The notes under the pieces were generated by a model. It searched no databases. It was not told the origin of the DNA and saw only the letters and a program-made list of their open reading frames with translations. A stretch of DNA of 33,152 nucleotides, the filler included, from Fonticula-like sp. SCN 57-25 (taxonomy: Eukaryota): assembly GCA_001724245.1 (NCBI GenBank). It is 3 parts of 3 records of this genome, joined end to end, with 100 filler letters (N's around TTAATTAATTAA, not from the genome) between each part and the next. Parts side by side here need not be neighbours in the genome. Positions count along the whole stretch, not along the records: positions 18,584 to 27,300 come from MEDX01000748.1; positions 27,401 to 33,152 come from MEDX01000749.1; 1 more part is not named here. One strand, 5' to 3'. The translations under genes and the position numbers were made by a program. Positions within the stretch are counted from its first letter, which is position 1. Every line of letters starts with the position of its first letter. Positions 20,987 through 31,575 of this stretch are shown here, piece by piece.

Positions 20987-23317
20987 ATGGCCTTCACGTG
21001 GGCGTTGTTGCTCTACGCAGTAGCGCTGCTAGCGGCAGCTCTCTTGGTAGCATCGCTAGTCTCCGTCTGGGTGTTTCGCCGCAAGGGAGGACGGTCGTTT
21101 AACTCGCGTGTGTTCCTCGGCCAAACGCGTCATGCTCGCCTCAAGCCCGTCGTCAACCAGTTCGCTTACTCCGTCAACTACTTTTGCTTTGACGTCGAGG
21201 AACTGCCTACGTTGATGTCGTACATGCCGTTTCTTTTTGGCCACAACCGGTTTGCAGTGTTTTCACTGTACGACAGAGACTACCTCTCCGGCGATCGCTC
21301 TGGAACTCCGCTCATCGACCTTGTACGTCAACATCTGACGTCACGCGTATCCCAGGCGGCAGCAGACAAGACTGCACGCGTTGAGCTGATTACCGTCCCG
21401 CGCTACCTTGGCTATGCATTCAACCCTGCGAGTTTTTTTTACTGCTACGATTCGCATGATGTTCTTGTGTCCGTTATTGTCGAGGTGAACAATACGTTTG
21501 GCGAGCGGCATACGTACGTGATGGCACATGAGTACGGCAGCAATGCGAGGTCAGCGGGCGACCACACCACTCAACGCGCTCGTATGAGCTATACTCACAG
21601 CTTCTTTGATGTTCCGCGCATGCTCCATGTCTCGCCCTTTAACGACCGAAGGGGCGCCTACGAAATGCACTGCGTGAGCGATGCTAGCAAATTGGACATT
21701 TACTTTGTGATGCGCGACAACAAGGGGCGCAAGCACCTCACCGCTCGCTTGGTCGGCAACGCCGTGCAGTTCACGCCAAACACGCTGATGATGCTCGTGG
21801 TGATGTTTCCCATTACGATGTTTGCGACAGTTCCGCGCATTCTGTGGGAGGCAGGAAAGATTGCCTTCCGCCACCTGCTACCAGTTTACGCCAAGCCCAA
21901 CCCCCACCCGATATCGCTCAAGGTGAATTTGCCTACGTCAAAGGAAAAGGCAGCTGCAAAGCAGTTCGTTGAAGTGATCCGCGCGACACTCAAGGAGCAG
22001 GGCACCGAGGCGATCATTCACATGCCCGTCGGATGGGCACATGTTTCGGGCGATGCCACCAGCAAACCTGAGGGTGGTCAAACGAGCGTTGACAAGACTG
22101 CCGATTCTTCTAGCAAGGATCTGTCTGCGAGCTCGTCATTGTCCAAGGATGCGCTCCAAATCCCGCGTAGGCCCAATTCGCCGCTTGCAATGTCCAGCGA
22201 CCCAGGGCCCTCCGCCGATTCCGATCAACTCAACATTACTTTTTCAAACTACACGCCTTTTACAGTAGACAAGCTCGAGGGGCTACTTGACCAATACGCC
22301 GACGGAAACTGGCAGGCCGAGCCACTGTCGCAGATGATGCCCCTGCTCGGTGACGCCAAAAATGGCATCGCACACATCCATCCCGACACGTATCCCACTG
22401 GCGAAAGCCTGGCAAGGCTCGGTGTCACCGAGGCGCGAGGAACGTACAGCGCGGCGAGATCTGTTTTGAATGGCATTGTAGATGAGGCGTGGCATCGAGA
22501 ATGGGTTGCATCTACGTGGTGGGCAACCGTGCAATCTGCGTTGCCAACCGAAGGTCGTCACGGAGGCGCGCCCAAGATCCTGCTCATTGGCACCAAGGCT
22601 CATTGCGACGACATTGCCCCTCGGCTTCTTGCGAGGAAGGTCACATTGACGGTCGTCCACGTCCCACGCCACCTCCTTGAGGATACGGTCTTCCCCGAGA
22701 TTCCTCAAAGCGAGAGCGAGGTTTTCGATGCCAATCTTTTGTTGGACGTCGAGCCTAACCAGAATTTTATCATGTTGCTTCATCGCCTCGGACGGCGCAC
22801 GATCAGAGTTGCGCTCGTCACGGACGACGCGGCTGAGCACGGGGTGAACATGATGAGCGAAATGGCCGCACCGTTGGTGGGAACAGCAGCGCCCAAGCCA
22901 AGCATCCTTGAACGGATCGGTGAGTGGGGCATGCGCTCTGTGGCGACGTTTGTTCGTTCGCCTTATACGCTGCCTTACCGAGTGCAGATGTACGCAGAGG
23001 TCTTTCAGAATAGCCTGTTTCAGTCGATGGGGTGCACGATATCGTCCGTGGCTCTCCTTCCTCCTACAGTGTCCGAGTTCACCAGCGCTTCGATCTCCGA
23101 GTCTCAGCATTCCCACCTTTATGTCGAGGCGTTCCGCAGAGCTGCAGAGCATGCAAAGGGGCTCTTCGATGAGACTGACCAGGCGTCGTATGATACGGAG
23201 GCCGCCCGAACATTCTACTTTTTGAGCGAGTGGGCAGCCTTCCGCATAGAGCAAGGAAATTGGAAAGTGGTTCTCATCAATGCCGCGGCTCCTACAATCT
23301 TTAAATTTATGGACTAG
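20987..23317 (+). CDS. DUF1365 (UfaO-type) protein with N-terminal TM helix, fused to a degenerate cyclopropane-fatty-acyl-synthase-like domain
   Basis: Intronless. 'GQTRHARLKP..FAY', 'PRYLGYAFNPASFFYCYD', 'VEVNNTFGERHTY', 'HVSPFN', 'PRILWEA'. The C-terminal half has CMAS-like remnants. Confidence 0.9.
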   Translation: MAFTWALLLYAVALLAAALLVASLVSVWVFRRKGGRSFNSRVFLGQTRHARLKPVVNQFAYSVNYFCFDVEELPTLMSYMPFLFGHNRFAVFSLYDRDYLSGDRSGTPLIDLVRQHLTSRVSQAAADKTARVELITVPRYLGYAFNPASFFYCYDSHDVLVSVIVEVNNTFGERHTYVMAHEYGSNARSAGDHTTQRARMSYTHSFFDVPRMLHVSPFNDRRGAYEMHCVSDASKLDIYFVMRDNKGRKHLTARLVGNAVQFTPNTLMMLVVMFPITMFATVPRILWEAGKIAFRHLLPVYAKPNPHPISLKVNLPTSKEKAAAKQFVEVIRATLKEQGTEAIIHMPVGWAHVSGDATSKPEGGQTSVDKTADSSSKDLSASSSLSKDALQIPRRPNSPLAMSSDPGPSADSDQLNITFSNYTPFTVDKLEGLLDQYADGNWQAEPLSQMMPLLGDAKNGIAHIHPDTYPTGESLARLGVTEARGTYSAARSVLNGIVDEAWHREWVASTWWATVQSALPTEGRHGGAPKILLIGTKAHCDDIAPRLLARKVTLTVVHVPRHLLEDTVFPEIPQSESEVFDANLLLDVEPNQNFIMLLHRLGRRTIRVALVTDDAAEHGVNMMSEMAAPLVGTAAPKPSILERIGEWGMRSVATFVRSPYTLPYRVQMYAEVFQNSLFQSMGCTISSVALLPPTVSEFTSASISESQHSHLYVEAFRRAAEHAKGLFDETDQASYDTEAARTFYFLSEWAAFRIEQGNWKVVLINAAAPTIFKFMD

Positions 23318-23478
23318 GATAATTGTTTGCATTTAGATCGCCGGATCGCAGTCCGGATTCCATTTTATGTGCATGCTGCATTCTGCTTGTTATATTCATG
23401 TCTTATTGTTCAATACAATTAATTATTTCACAATACCTGATAATATGCCAACAGGAAAAAGCCACATACCGCAACCAT

Positions 23479-25953
23479 TTAACGCTTCTTTGACCTCATA
23501 CCACCGCCCTTCTTCTTCTGCGCGTTAATCTGCCTCCTCTCCCGCATGAACTTTTGCTTCTTCTCCTTAATCTTGCGCTCCTTACGAATGCGGTCTGCGG
23601 GCTTCAGCTCGCTCTTTGCCTTACTGCCGTCCGTGCGCTGGCGCTTGGCCGGGGACTGTCCGCCCTGCGAAGCTCCCGCACGCTTTCCGTTCTTCCCTTG
23701 CGGCTCGGCATGGGCGGCCTCATCATCGAAGCGGCCCTTACCTCCCTTGCCACCAGCCAGCACGCGGCGACCGTCCTTGCGCTTCACAAACTTGAGCTTG
23801 CTCTCGTCCTGTCCAACGCGCATGGTTCCAGTGCCGTGACGCTTTTGCCACTCCTGGAACGCGTCCGTCTTGTAGCTGGCGGGGATAAGGGCGCCAGATT
23901 CGGTCCGGATCATCTTTTCACCCTTGGCACCGCCGTCCATGCCGCCAGTGCGCACGTACTTCTTCTTCTTGCGGTCCCACTGAAGACGACTGCGATCGCG
24001 CTGAAGGCCAGAGGTGTCATCGGCCGTCAGATCAAACACGGCATCGCGCGCTGCTTCAGAGAAGCTCCTGGCTGCCGGGTCCTTCATGGAATACCCAGCC
24101 TCTGTGTAGCGATCCGACTTTTGATACGACATATAATGTTCCTCGTCCCGGAACGAAGTGCGCTTGCCTACCTTGGTCTTGGAGTCCGCCGAGGCGGAAG
24201 GCCGCCGCTTGTTTCCGGAAATCGGGAGGAAGCCATCATCATCGTCGCCCTCAACCTCGAGGAATGCGCTATCGTCGTTTTCCTCCTCCTCAGTCTGTTC
24301 GTCCCCAGAGTCCATCTCTTCATCATCAGGCTCTGACGAGGCGGGCAGCGGACGCTTGCGCTTGTTATCGCGCACAAACTCGTGCGACAAGTCGACCTCG
24401 TCGTCATCGTCATCATCGGGCTCTAAAGCCGCACGAGACGAATCTGCGTTGCCGGTCGGGCGGAAGGTCTTGAGCTGGTCGAGAAGCGAGGTGCGAACAA
24501 GATCTTCCGTACCCAACTTGGCAGCCAGAAGCGGATGCGGGCCAAAGATCTGGGTAGCGGCCATCTCCTTGGCGCGTGCATGTGATTCTGCAGAAGCCGC
24601 AGGGCGAGAGCGCAGATACATCTTAAAGGCATTTGAGGCGACGTGACGCATATTGAACAGTTCGACACTGTCAGAGTGGCACTTTGCAACCTGCTCGCGC
24701 TCAATGTCGATCGTCGTCGGCGGAACGAGGCCATAGACAACAGTATTGGCATCAGCAGGAGGCTGATTCGAACCCGCCGGCGGCGCCAGCGCAAACGGCC
24801 GACCAAGGAAAAGCGACAAGTCCACTACAAAGGGGAGCTCATCCGGTGTAATGAACGAGTAGGCGGTACCCGCGCGGCCAGCACGGGCGACACGACCGGT
24901 GCGGTGAATGAAGACCTTGGGGCGGGGGGGAAAGTCGTAGTTGATCACATTGTCGAGGAGCGGAATATCGATACCGCGAGACGCGACATCAGTCACAAGA
25001 AGCACGTTAAGGCTGTTGTTGCGGAAACGAGCGAGAGCGATTTTGCGCGCTGTAGCGTCCATTGCACCATAAATGCATCGCGACTCGATGCCGACGAGGT
25101 CCAACAGCCGTTGCAAGTGCTCAGCATGATGGCGCGTTGAAACAAAAACAAGGGTCTGTTGCCCAGTAGGAATTACCTCGCGAAGCATGTAAACCAGCAG
25201 TGCCGAGCGGTCCTCTGGACGGGTGCCAAAGAAGTGGAGCTTGAGGTCAGAGCTCAGCTTGGCATCAGTATCCAACCGAACAAGGACGGGCTCATTCAAG
25301 CCGGCCTTGGCAAAGTCAACGAGCAAGCGAGGCAGCGTCGCCGAAAAGAGAAGCGTAGTCCGGGTCGAGGGAAGACGGTTGAGAATTTCACGCAGCTGTT
25401 CAGCGAAACCCATCTCAAACAAGCGGTCCGCCTCGTCAAAGACAATATACTCTACGCTGTGCAGTTTCAGGTCCATCTCGACTAGCAAATGCAGCAAGCG
25501 ACCGGGCGTAGCAATAAGAATATCAGGGTTGCCAGCCATAGCCGAGAACTGGTCGTCGAGACTGTCACCACCCACAAGCAGGGCGCTGCGGAGATCCTGG
25601 AATCGACCGAGCTCAGTGACAACCTTGAGCGTCTGCATGGCAAGTTCGCGCGAAGGCGACAAAATGATTCCACGTGCGCCAAACTTGGCAGAGTGGCCGC
25701 GCAGGCGCTCAAGCATGGGAATAACAAAAGCAGCAGTTTTTCCTGAACCAGTACGCGCCATGCCGACGACATCCTTGCCGTCCAAAATGAGAGGAATGCA
25801 TCGGCGCTGGATGGGAGTTGGCACTTTGTAGCCTTTACGAAGCACACTTCGCAACAAGCTTGCGCTCAGTCCCATGGACTGGAAGCCTCCAGACCCAGAC
25901 GACTTGACCTTGGTGCTAAGGAACGCATCATCATCGGCGTCGTGGTCGGCCAT
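23479..25953 (-). CDS. DDX54: DEAD-box RNA helicase DDX54/Dbp10
   Basis: GGFQSMGL, PTPIQR, ARTGSGKT, DEAD, SAT, HRTGRVARAGR, Dbp10 C-terminal 'WDRKKKKY..IRTESG'. Confidence 0.97.
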   Translation of the reverse strand: MADHDADDDAFLSTKVKSSGSGGFQSMGLSASLLRSVLRKGYKVPTPIQRRCIPLILDGKDVVGMARTGSGKTAAFVIPMLERLRGHSAKFGARGIILSPSRELAMQTLKVVTELGRFQDLRSALLVGGDSLDDQFSAMAGNPDILIATPGRLLHLLVEMDLKLHSVEYIVFDEADRLFEMGFAEQLREILNRLPSTRTTLLFSATLPRLLVDFAKAGLNEPVLVRLDTDAKLSSDLKLHFFGTRPEDRSALLVYMLREVIPTGQQTLVFVSTRHHAEHLQRLLDLVGIESRCIYGAMDATARKIALARFRNNSLNVLLVTDVASRGIDIPLLDNVINYDFPPRPKVFIHRTGRVARAGRAGTAYSFITPDELPFVVDLSLFLGRPFALAPPAGSNQPPADANTVVYGLVPPTTIDIEREQVAKCHSDSVELFNMRHVASNAFKMYLRSRPAASAESHARAKEMAATQIFGPHPLLAAKLGTEDLVRTSLLDQLKTFRPTGNADSSRAALEPDDDDDDEVDLSHEFVRDNKRKRPLPASSEPDDEEMDSGDEQTEEEENDDSAFLEVEGDDDDGFLPISGNKRRPSASADSKTKVGKRTSFRDEEHYMSYQKSDRYTEAGYSMKDPAARSFSEAARDAVFDLTADDTSGLQRDRSRLQWDRKKKKYVRTGGMDGGAKGEKMIRTESGALIPASYKTDAFQEWQKRHGTGTMRVGQDESKLKFVKRKDGRRVLAGGKGGKGRFDDEAAHAEPQGKNGKRAGASQGGQSPAKRQRTDGSKAKSELKPADRIRKERKIKEKKQKFMRERRQINAQKKKGGGMRSKKR

Positions 25954-26291
25954 CCTCGTGGCACAAGTTGGATGACAGTCGAGGATTGCAAACTGCAAAC
26001 TGATGTACTGATGTAGGATTGAGGATTGATCGAGCTGCACAGGAGCTGGAACAGCGGCAGGCTAGTTGAGGAAATGAATCAGTGAATGACAAAAGACCCA
26101 AACAAGTAAGACGGCACGAAAGAAGCGGCATCCACTGTATCGTCCTTTATTTTTACATATTTACAATCCATAGTCTTTTATATCATCCCATGTAGCCTAT
26201 ACAAATTGCCCGATATTGCAGGCAGTATGCAGTATTTGAGTTTAAGCAATGCACACAGCGCTTCAAATAAGATAGAAATACACAGCCGTCA

Positions 26292-27059
26292 TTATGTAGA
26301 GGTTTGCTTACTGCTGCCGCGTGTATAAATGTCTGCGGGTTTTAGGTCCTCTTTTAATACCAGCAGAACGTGAGCGCTGCTCGCGCTCAAGCACTCCTTG
26401 ATGAATGACCTAGCTGCTTGCTCAGTAGGCAACAACTGCGGCTCTGAAAGTTTTGAATCCAAATTAAAGTACGTTCCATCGACTTTCCGAATAGTAAACC
26501 AGTGCTTGCCAAGCCACCCCTGCCTATTCACAATGATGCCTTCGCACTTGCTCATCTCCACCACGTCAAAATCTGAGGTTCAAAGGAGGCAATACAAAAA
26601 GGGACATGAGTAAAGCAAAAGAGGGAGAAGCAAACGCAAACCTAACCGACGATCAAACCAGATGCAGTGGTATCCGTGTAGATGGAGTGCGCTCAGGATG
26701 ACGTTTACGTCATAGTTCCCAAGACCACTATGAGGCGGCCGGTCAGCAGAACAATCTGGGAGCATATAAGCACAAGAAACGTACAACATGCTGGAGTGGG
26801 GGTTGAGAATATATGAGCGGCCGCCTTGCCCGGCAAGATTTGCGGCAATCTCATCGAGCGACCCTTTCGTAAACTCCTTTCGCTGCATCTGTTTGCGGTC
26901 AGGTTAATCAATCACAAACGTACATTGTAAAAAGTGTACCAGTGCGTTTAACGCATGCTGCAACACAACAGCCAGTTAGCAAGCGAGCCTGCATGCGAGT
27001 TGAAGGCGCACCTTGCCGCACAGCTGTAGATGCTGCCGCTCATGATAAACAGGCGTCAT
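26292..27059 (-). CDS. Josephin-domain deubiquitinase (JOSD1/2-like)
   Basis: Five exons. 'VYHERQHLQLCGK|HALNAL', 'NPHSSM..GLGNYDVNV', 'WFDRR', 'KHWFTIR', 'YFNLDSKL'. Cys-His-Asp triad intact. Confidence 0.93.
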
Positions 27060-27120
27060 GATTGCAAGATGACTAGTAAGATTGTATCCCACAATTTCTT
27101 AGATCACCTTGATTGAGCCG

Positions 27121-27128
27121 TATAAATA
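27121..27128 (+). promoter_or_regulatory. TATA box of the U6 gene
   Basis: TATAAATA about 31 nt upstream of the inferred U6 start G. Confidence 0.7.
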
Positions 27129-27151
27129 CGGGAATCGATCAATTCATTGTT

Positions 27152-27180
27152 GTCGTGCTGCTTGCAGCCTCCGACATATA

Positions 27181-27212
<32 letters not shown>

Positions 27213-27262
27213 GGCCGCCTGCGCAAGGATGACACGCTTATCGAGAAAGCAAAACCCTTTTT
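27152..27262 (+). ncRNA. U6: U6 spliceosomal snRNA
   Basis: 5' hairpin GTCG..CGAC, then AAAATTGGAACGATACAGAGAAGATTAGCATGG..CTGCGCAAGGATGACACGC, then a T10 terminator. Confidence 0.96.
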
Positions 27263-27300
27263 TTTTTGTTTTTGAACCTTTGGTTCACCACTTGGTCATA

Positions 27301-27400
27301 NNNNNNNNNNNNNNNNNNNNNNNNNNNNNNNNNNNNNNNNNNNNTTAATTAATTAANNNNNNNNNNNNNNNNNNNNNNNNNNNNNNNNNNNNNNNNNNNN
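27301..27400. other. Assembly spacer N44-TTAATTAATTAA-N44
   Basis: Same artificial linker as at 18484. Confidence 0.98.
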
Positions 27401-29177
27401 TCCAGGGCAACTTCAGTGGCGCGCTCGGCGCAGTACAGGATGACGCCCGCGCAGTCCTTGTTGGAGATTTCCTTGCGGTCGCAGGCGCGCGCGACGGCGT
27501 AGAGGTACGAGCGGGAGGCCATGAGCTTGGTGTACATGTCGGCGAGCTTGCCTTGCATGAGCTCGAATTCGGCGATGGATTGGCCGAATTGCTTGCGGTC
27601 GTGGACGTAGGGGAGCACAATGTCCATCGCGGACTGCATAAGACTGAAAAGGGGGCGAGAAAGGTGAGGAAATGATGGAAAATGATGCACAAATGTATCA
27701 TTACAAGTATAAAAAGTATCATTATATGTATAAAAAGTATCATTACAAGTATCAATATAGGAATCACAGTATCATTTCATGTATCATTTCATGTATCATT
27801 ACGAGTATCACAAGTATCATTACAAGTATCACAAGTATCACACTCGTATACCATACCATATACACAATCAATATCACCCTTATCTACCCATCCAACCATT
27901 GAGCCAATCAAGGCGTACCCGATGGGACCGCCGGTGAGGACGACGCGCTCATAGTCGAGGCCGCTCATGAGGACGTACACGCCCTTGCCGACCTGGCCGA
28001 GAATGTTCTCCTCTGAGGAAATTATCAGTAAAACAGCGAAAAAGTGGCACAAAAAGGCACAAAAAGCATCAAAATGGTACCAAAAAGACACTCAAATATT
28101 ATCAAAATGATACTAAAATGGTACTAAAAGTATCAAAACGATATCAAATGGTACCCAATGCACCAAAAAGCACGTCCACATCAACCCAATACCCTTATCT
28201 TCATGTTCACTTTCGCACCCGGCACCTCGCAGTTCTCAAAGACGAGCTCGCACGTGTTCGACCCGCGCATACCCAACTTGTCGAGCTTGGGCGACGTCGA
28301 AAAGCCCTTCATGGTCTTCTCGACGAGGAAGGCGGTGATGCCCTGCGGGCCCGCCTTGGCGTCCGTCTTGGCGTACACGACGAGCACGTCGGCGTCGGGG
28401 CCGTTCGTGATCCAAAACTTGTTGCCGTTGAGCACGTAGCGATCGCCGCGCTTCTCGGCGTTGAGGCGCATCGACACGACGTCCGAGCCGGAGCCGGGCT
28501 CGCTCATCGCAAGAGCGCCGACATACTCACCGCTGATCAGCTGCAAAGGGCAAAAAGGAGGAAAAAGGGGCGCAAAAGTGGGTTAAAACCGGTTTTTTTC
28601 TTGTCATCATGCCGCAATGCGCACCTTGGGGAGGTACTTGGCCTTCTGCTCCTCGTTGCCGTTGCGGACGATCTGGTTGACGCAGAGGTTCGAGTGCGCG
28701 CCGTAGCTGAGGCCGACCGAGCCAGAGGCGCGGCTGATCTCCTCCATGACGATGCAGTGAGCGAGGTAGCCCATGTTGAGGCCGCCATACTGCTCGGGGG
28801 CGGTCACGCCGAGGACGCCGAGATCGCCAAGCTTGCGCCACATGGGCATCGGGAACTCATTGTCCTTGTCGATCTTCTTGGCGAGGGGGGCGAGCTCGGT
28901 CTGGCAAAACTTTTGCACGTTGTGGCGGAGCTGAAAGGGGAAAAAGTATTAATAAAAGTGATCGACATGGGCGGGCATGCGCGGGCATGGCAAAAGCACG
29001 TGCGCACCTCCATGACATCCTCGCTCAGGTTGGCGACCATGTCGTAGCTGCGGTCCATCACAGCGGCAGAGAGACCGCGGGTGCCCTGGACAAGGGGTCA
29101 GTGCCGTTAAAAGAGAACGCGCAGAGAGCGGGGCGTACAGTGGCACGGGCGGCGCGGGCGGCAACACGCAGCATCAT
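27401..29177 (-). CDS. IVD: Isovaleryl-CoA dehydrogenase, mitochondrial, 3'-truncated at the gap
   Basis: '[26 protein letters not shown]', '[17 protein letters not shown]', '[16 protein letters not shown]', '[12 protein letters not shown]', '[15 protein letters not shown]'. Confidence 0.97.
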
Positions 29178-29339
29178 GGCGACGTCGGGTTGGGGCGATG
29201 TCAGAATGGTAAATTTGTGCTCATCGCTGATTGGTTGAAAATGAGGAAAGACGTTACTGATTGGTCAGAAACGCAGAATAAAAAGAGAGGAAAATCACGT
29301 GACATATGTGATTGTGCCCCTCTCCACGGCTGTGTTGAC
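29178..29339. promoter_or_regulatory. Bidirectional promoter (IVD/thiolase-like) with two CCAAT boxes and an E-box
   Basis: CTGATTGGT at 29227 and 29257; TCACGTGA at 29295. Confidence 0.55.
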
Positions 29340-31474
29340 ATGGGCGGCGATGCTGCAGTGATCGCGGGCGTTGCCCAGGTGACCCACCGCGACGGCAACA
29401 CTCCTCTTGACCCGCTGAGCCTTATGGTGCAAGCCGGCGAGCTCGTTCTCAACGACGCGTGCGACGGGGACGCTAAAATCCGCGCCAAACTTGCGCGCAT
29501 CCTCGATGGCGTCTGCGTCGTCAATGTCACCTCATGGCAATACCCCGGCGGCAATGAGCGCCTCCCGCACGCCGTCGCCGAACGCCTCGGCCTCGGCCCG
29601 CGCATCACCGAGTACACCTCTGCGAGCGGCGACTCTCCCCAGCGCCTCGTGAACGATGCCGCTGCGCAGATCGAGCGCGGCGGCGCCCGCGCCTTCCTTT
29701 TACTGGGCGGCGAAGGCGCGCGATCCGCCTCCCGCATCGCCGCAGGCACCATCCCCAAACCTTCCACATGGCCCGAAATGGGCGATGGCGTTCTCCGCCA
29801 CGCCTTTCCTCGCAGCCGCCTCGGCGCCGCGTACGGCATCCTGCGCCCCACCGAAGTCTACCCCTTCTTTGAGACTGCGCTGCGCGCCACCACCGGCCGC
29901 GCGCCGCACGACCACGCGCTCCACATGGGCCGCCTCTTCAGCGGCTTTTCCGCCGTGGCGGCTTCAAACCCCTTTGCGTGGTTCAACACTGCGCATCAGT
30001 CGGCCGATCAGATCGCCAGCGTGTCAAAGGGCAATAGGATGATCGTGTACCCGTACACCAAGCGGATGAATGCGTTCCCGACGGTGGACATGGCGGCTGG
30101 CGTGCTTGTGATTGGCGAGGCAGAGGCGCGCAGGCTGGGCATCAAGGCGGGCAAGTTCGTGCACGTGATGGGCGGCGCGGGCATGACGGATCTGGAGGAT
30201 CATTTCGAGAGGAGGTACCTGTACGAGTCGCCGTCAATGAGACTGTACGAAAAACGAACGGAAAAGGAAAGGAAAGGAAAGGGAAAAGAAAGGGAAGGTG
30301 AAGATAATGGTAAATGTAAGGGGAAAGTGTCAAAATTGTCACTAAAATGTCATGAATGTGTCATGAAAGTGTCATTATTATCATGAAATTGTCATCTTTT
30401 CATCCATATTTCCATCCTCACTCACCTTCTCCCAGTGCCACTGGCGTCGCCCTCCGCCAAGCCGGCCTTTCCCTCCCCCAAATCGACCTCCTCGACCTCT
30501 ACTCCTGCTTCCCCTCCGCCGTCCAAGTCGCCCAGCGCGAGCTCGGCCTCTCCCAAGACGACCCGCGGCCGCTCACCGTCACTGGCGGACTTCCCTTTAA
30601 CGGCGGCCCTTTCAACAACTATGTCATGCACGCCATCGCAACAGGTACACCTTCCCCGCCAATCACCGTTTTATATTTCATGTTTTAACGCATGTGATTG
30701 GTCAGTTGTGACGAGGCTGCGCGGTGATTCGTCAGTTAACACTGCATTGGTACTCGCCAATGGCGGGTATCTTACCAAGCACGCTGTCGGTGTTTATGGC
30801 CGTAAAAGGGGGCGCGGGTCGTGGCGGGAAGCGGCGGGAGAAGCGGCGAAATTGCAGCAACAAATAGACGTACGAATCATAGAGATATCAACGGTCAATC
30901 TCAAGAGTATTTTTCTTACTTTATACATGTTGAATAGGATGCGCCGCGGTTTGTGCAGGTGGACTCGTTTGAAGGCGCGGGTGTTGTTGATGCGTATTGT
31001 GTGCGGTATGGGCATGAGGGCGTGCCAGAGGACGCGCTTGTGGTGGTGAGGAAGGCGGGGACGCAGGACCTCGTGCGCACTCTTGCCTATGTCGACTTGC
31101 CTGGTACGGAAAATGGGAAATATGGGGGAAGAAAGGGTAGATATGAGTATAGATAGAGTGTAGATGGGTAGATATATTCGTAGATATCAGTGTTGATTTG
31201 TAGATATATTATTGTAGATATATTTGTAGATATATTATAGATATCTGTGTGTGTAGATGTAATGTAGATAAATTATATTATTGTTTGTAGATATAATTGT
31301 AGATATCAGTATAGGTGTTATTGTCTCTCTATTAGACTTGCCACTGACATGTCACGTGCAGCCTCCAAGTTGCATGATATTGAAAAGCGCGAGCTTGTTG
31401 GACAAGTCGGCACGCTGACATTCGACAAGGACACGAAAACAAACCGATTCCAGTTTGATCTCTCTCGTCTCTAA
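29340..31474 (+). CDS. Non-canonical thiolase-like protein (YSCF type) with C-terminal PTS1 -SRL
   Basis: Five exons. 'SGDSPQ', 'YPFFETA', 'NRMIVYPYTKRMNAFPTVDMAAG', 'DLYSCFPSAV', 'LTVTGGLPFNGGPFNNY', 'ANGGYLTKHA'; ends DLSRL*. Confidence 0.88.
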
Positions 31475-31575
31475 TATCAAATTGAATATCAAAATGAATA
31501 TACTTTATTATATCTGACCATTCCGTTCATATCTACAATATCGCCTATGTGAATTGGCCTCAACTTGTGCGCGTT

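Noticed and set aside
20987-23317. Lack of introns as proof of recent horizontal transfer of the DUF1365 gene
   Set aside because: The neighbouring core gene DDX54 is also intronless, and the partner gene has four introns.
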